This document shows positions 60,611 to 64,000 of a stretch of DNA of 64,000 bases, in pieces. The number at the start of each line of letters is the position of its first letter. Position 1 is the first letter of the stretch. The notes beneath the pieces were generated by a model, which worked only from the letters and a program-made list of their open reading frames with translations, did not search any database and was not told the DNA's origin. A program made the position numbers and the translations under genes. This DNA comes from Basidiobolus meristosporus CBS 931.73 (lineage: Eukaryota; Fungi; Basidiobolomycota), in NCBI GenBank assembly GCA_002104905.1, contig MCFE01000454.1, forward strand, positions 8,763-72,762, read 5' to 3'.

Positions 60611-63600
60611 TTAGGGGAGGGAAAGTCACCAAGTTGGTGAAATCTTTATTTGAGTTAAGAACTAATCTAAGTACAAATAAAGAAGCCAATTCAGAGGTCT
60701 AGAACCTCTCTAATAAGTAATCTAATTTATGTTTTGTTTCATCTCTAATGTTTGTTTCAATAAAGTAAAGCTCATCAGGGGTAAATATAAAATTCAGGGG
60801 TTTTGGGGGAAGTACAAATTGTAGATGTTTCTGATCAATATAATCCAAGACTGGAACCCAGCCTGGGATTAGGTGCAGTAGGAAAGGTGTGTGGACTTGT
60901 AAGTAGCTCTGCCACATAGATCTTAGATGGTCCTGAGCCAGTAGTCTTGGTTTCTCAGCTTTTTGAAGTTTTGAAGCAAGCTCTGTTACTACAGCAGAGC
61001 CAACCAGGGTGTGCCAGCAAGAAGATTTCAGGGAGGAGTCAGATTGAAGCCATTGTTGATGGAGGGGTTATGTGATTTCTGAAGTTTGACTAGGAAGGAA
61101 GCACGGAGATAGATCATTTGGATTTGGTATGGGTAGAACCCAAAGGCTCCATTAGTTGCATGGATATAGGGAGATACTGGAAGATAAGGTACCAAGGATC
61201 TGATACACTGATGGAGAAATTTATCCAGGCGGTGAAGTTCTCTGGAGGTTAGGGGTATAATGTGGAGACCAAATTCAAGTACTGGCAGCACATACTGCTT
61301 CAGAAGTATAGGGATCTTTTGAATTGGAGTGTCTGGAGTGACTACTACCAGAAGCTTTTTGAGAGCCTGTTGGGCAAGACGGATCCTATTATTCAGGTGG
61401 AGCTTGAGTCAATCCCATGTTGACAAAACGGCAGACCTAGATATATTGCAGTTTGTTGTGGCAGAATGCTAGTGTTCTGTATAGTTGTAGTGCATCCTAA
61501 TTGGGACTGTCTTGGAAATTGAGAGTGAGAGGTTGTTGGCAGCCAAGTACTTCTCAATGATGGCAGTGTCTGCTATGGGATTAGGAGTAGCAATCTTGAT
61601 ATCATCCGCATAGAGAGTTAGTAGTGGATAGGGAGAATCTGGTGAGGGGCCTTTTGGAAATAAAGGAAAGTCATGTAGGAATATCACAAATAGTAAGGGA
61701 CCTAGTACAGATCCTTGGACTACTCCATTTGGAACCTCATAAGTCTCTGATGTACAACTTGGATGCAAAATTTTGGCTGAGTTCTCACAAAATAGAGAAC
61801 GTACAAGAAGGGTCATTGGTAGTGTGGTAACTGCTAATAGCTTTCTCCAAAGCAGAGCTCTGTCCACAGAGTCAAAGGCTTTAGTAATGTCAAACAGAAT
61901 GGTTGGCAATGAGAATTGAAGTGAATGATCATGGCTTAGCACTACAGCCATATCCAAGGAGAGTTTGGGCAAGAAGCCAAACTGAGAAGGATGGAATGGA
62001 TATAGTTGAGATTGCAAGGAATTTTGCTATTATAAGCTCAAAGATTTTCCGGCAGGTTGGTAGGAGTGAAACTGGCCGGTAAGAACCTGGGAGTGAGTGT
62101 TTCCCCTTCCCTTTGTATAAGGGTATTACATTTGCCTGTGACCAGGCCTTTGGGGTAGTCAATTGTTGGGCACAGATAGAGTAGAATGGGAGAAGTAAGT
62201 GACTCATTTTGGAGTAGCACACCCGGAGTAGATTGTAGGTAATCAAGTCATGTCCAGGTGCAGTATTTGCAGGAAGCTTCTTTAAAATTTTCTCCAGAAG
62301 CTTTGCTGAAACCAAAATTGGAGATGTTGTACTGCTAGATATGTCACCAGTATGGTAGAAAGGAGGAGTGGGATGCACGGTTGAATCAAAGAATATAGGG
62401 GCCAGTTTGTCTGGTGATGGTATACTCCTTGCTTGGGGTCTCATGGCTTTGTATACTCTTGATATGGACCTTGTGGTGGCATTCATATTTACTAAGGGCA
62501 AGGTATCCATGATATGAGCCCATAATCTAGTATGCTCAGTGATCTGTAGTGACTTGGAGTAGGAGATTGCGCTTTCCAGGAGGTTCTGTGTTTTTGGGTT
62601 AGGGAAACATAGGTAGCTGGAATTTAAGGCAGAAATGATGGATTTCCATTTAAGTTGGTTTGCAGATGGCTTTTGGTAGGACTTGGTGGGCAGGGCCAGA
62701 CAGCCAGTGATTATGATGAAATGCTGGTAAAATAGCCATAATGCATTTACATCATCACAAATCCATGCAGGTAAGCTGGGAAATGCATATTCTGTAAGCA
62801 AGGATAGGTAGTTGGCAAAGTCCTGTGTCTGTGATACTGAAGCTTTGGCTGGCAGGATTGTAAATGGCTGAAGAAGGGTGCCAATTGGTAGGGTTTTTCT
62901 GGCAGAAATGATAATATGTATTGGCTTGTGATCAGATTTCTCTAGTGAACCACAGCTGATATCCTCTGGAATGCTTGTAACCTGGTGGATGTACTGTAAG
63001 GCAGCTGGAGTGGCTGTTACCCAGTCAACACAACGTTGAGCTTGCTGAGTGTTTACAGTGACCAGATGGTTTTGTCAGGAGGAACTTTGTAAAGTGCTCC
63101 TCTTGGGTTCTAAGTCTGGATGAAATAGTGGTGATATTTTCAGGGTGGGGAATATTTATATCTCCCACTACCATACAAGGGATTGATGAGCTGTTAATGA
63201 ATTCTGATGTGGCCAAGAAAATTGCCAGTGTTATGGAGTTAGACAGAGATGGAGGGAGATAGATAATAATGGCTACTATAGTTGGAAGTGTTAGAGCATA
63301 GCAGTAATACTCATAGATGATGGATACATTTGCTGAGGGTGCAAGCTTAGAAGATGAAAGAGCAACAAGTGCCATTGAGTGAGCTGGAAATTTTGGGTGA
63401 GCAGATGAATATGCATTCAGTCTAGAGGGAAGTTTTGGCAACTTAACATCAATTAGTAGGAGCAAGTAATATTCCTTTTTCAGTAAGTTTTCTAATTCAG
63501 CTACAGTTGGAGTGATGGAGTTGCAATTGAGTAAGAGTATGTTCTGTAGTCAGGCAGACTCTGAGGTTGCCTGTTCCTGCTGAAACTCTTGCACTGCCCT

Positions 63601-64000
63601 TTGTAAATTTCCAGAATTATTCCACAACTCTTCAAATGGAGCTTGCGTAATGTCTTTCAGGATTCTAATTGCTTCCTCTTTCAAGAAGTAGGCCACATCA
63701 TAGGTTGGAGCCTGTTTCTTAATGGCAGCAAAGAAAGCCATAATTGCCATGTGAGCTGGGGGCTTGTTGAATATTCCTGGCTCAGTGTCCATTGACTCTG
63801 GTGGAATGATTGTGAATTTGGTAGGCACCCAGTTTAGATTTTTTGCCAGATACTTAGTCAATGCAGTGGAGAAGTTTCTGTCTACAATCATTTCTAGGAT
63901 CTTTCCTCTTCTCCAAGCTAGGTTAACAATTTTTGAAGTGTCAATATTTAGAGAGCGGAATGTATGTCTGATGTTTGATATAGTAGTCCATGGAACATTG
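60611..64000 (-). mobile_element. LINE family B, long decayed copy (ORF1 remnant, APE endonuclease, RT); continues beyond the window
   Basis: APE-like IYLPPS..MVVGDINIP (63025-63465); APGHD..SYRPVSLL (61929-62801); QFGF..KAFDSVDR..QGSVLGP..YADD (61469-62017). Contains frameshifts. Confidence 0.92.

Noticed and set aside
1-64000. CRISPR arrays, rRNA genes or intact tRNA genes
   Set aside because: No repeat-spacer array or rRNA-like sequence was seen. The only B-box tRNA-like sequences are the two SINE heads, which lack complete cloverleaf stems.

Overview
Eukaryotic genomic DNA, almost certainly fungal: it has short GT-AG introns and fungal-type proteins. An early-diverging lineage is likely but is inference only. 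The window has three zones. (1) 1-13.3 kb is a decayed, CpG-poor transposon nest with three CACTA/CMC-EnSpm (Tnp2-type) transposase remnants, a divergently transcribed accessory ORF, and nested fold-back MITEs that insert at ATT/AAT. (2) 13.4-55.5 kb is a gene block: an SDR, valyl-tRNA synthetase, cyclin L, TRS31, VIP1, an LRR protein, two NDUFA4/MLRQ-like microproteins, a C2H2 factor, a small protein resembling the Roc-COR C-terminal extension, a Kelch membrane protein, a membrane-anchored GH9, an Ash1-like GATA factor, two divergent small secreted paralogs, an F-box/SUKH-like protein, a cluster of 3-4 unannotated microproteins ending in 'YVWW', a Cu(I) P1B-ATPase and SSU1. (3) 56.1-64 kb is a gap-free, single-orientation, head-to-tail array of two APE-RT LINE families and a tRNA-derived SINE. 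All three share a 3' hairpin, and most junctions carry TTAGGG, suggesting a telomere-type or template-jumping retroelement system. Three single-base indels in conserved genes suggest an unpolished long-read assembly. Exon boundaries and repeat limits were read by eye and are approximate.
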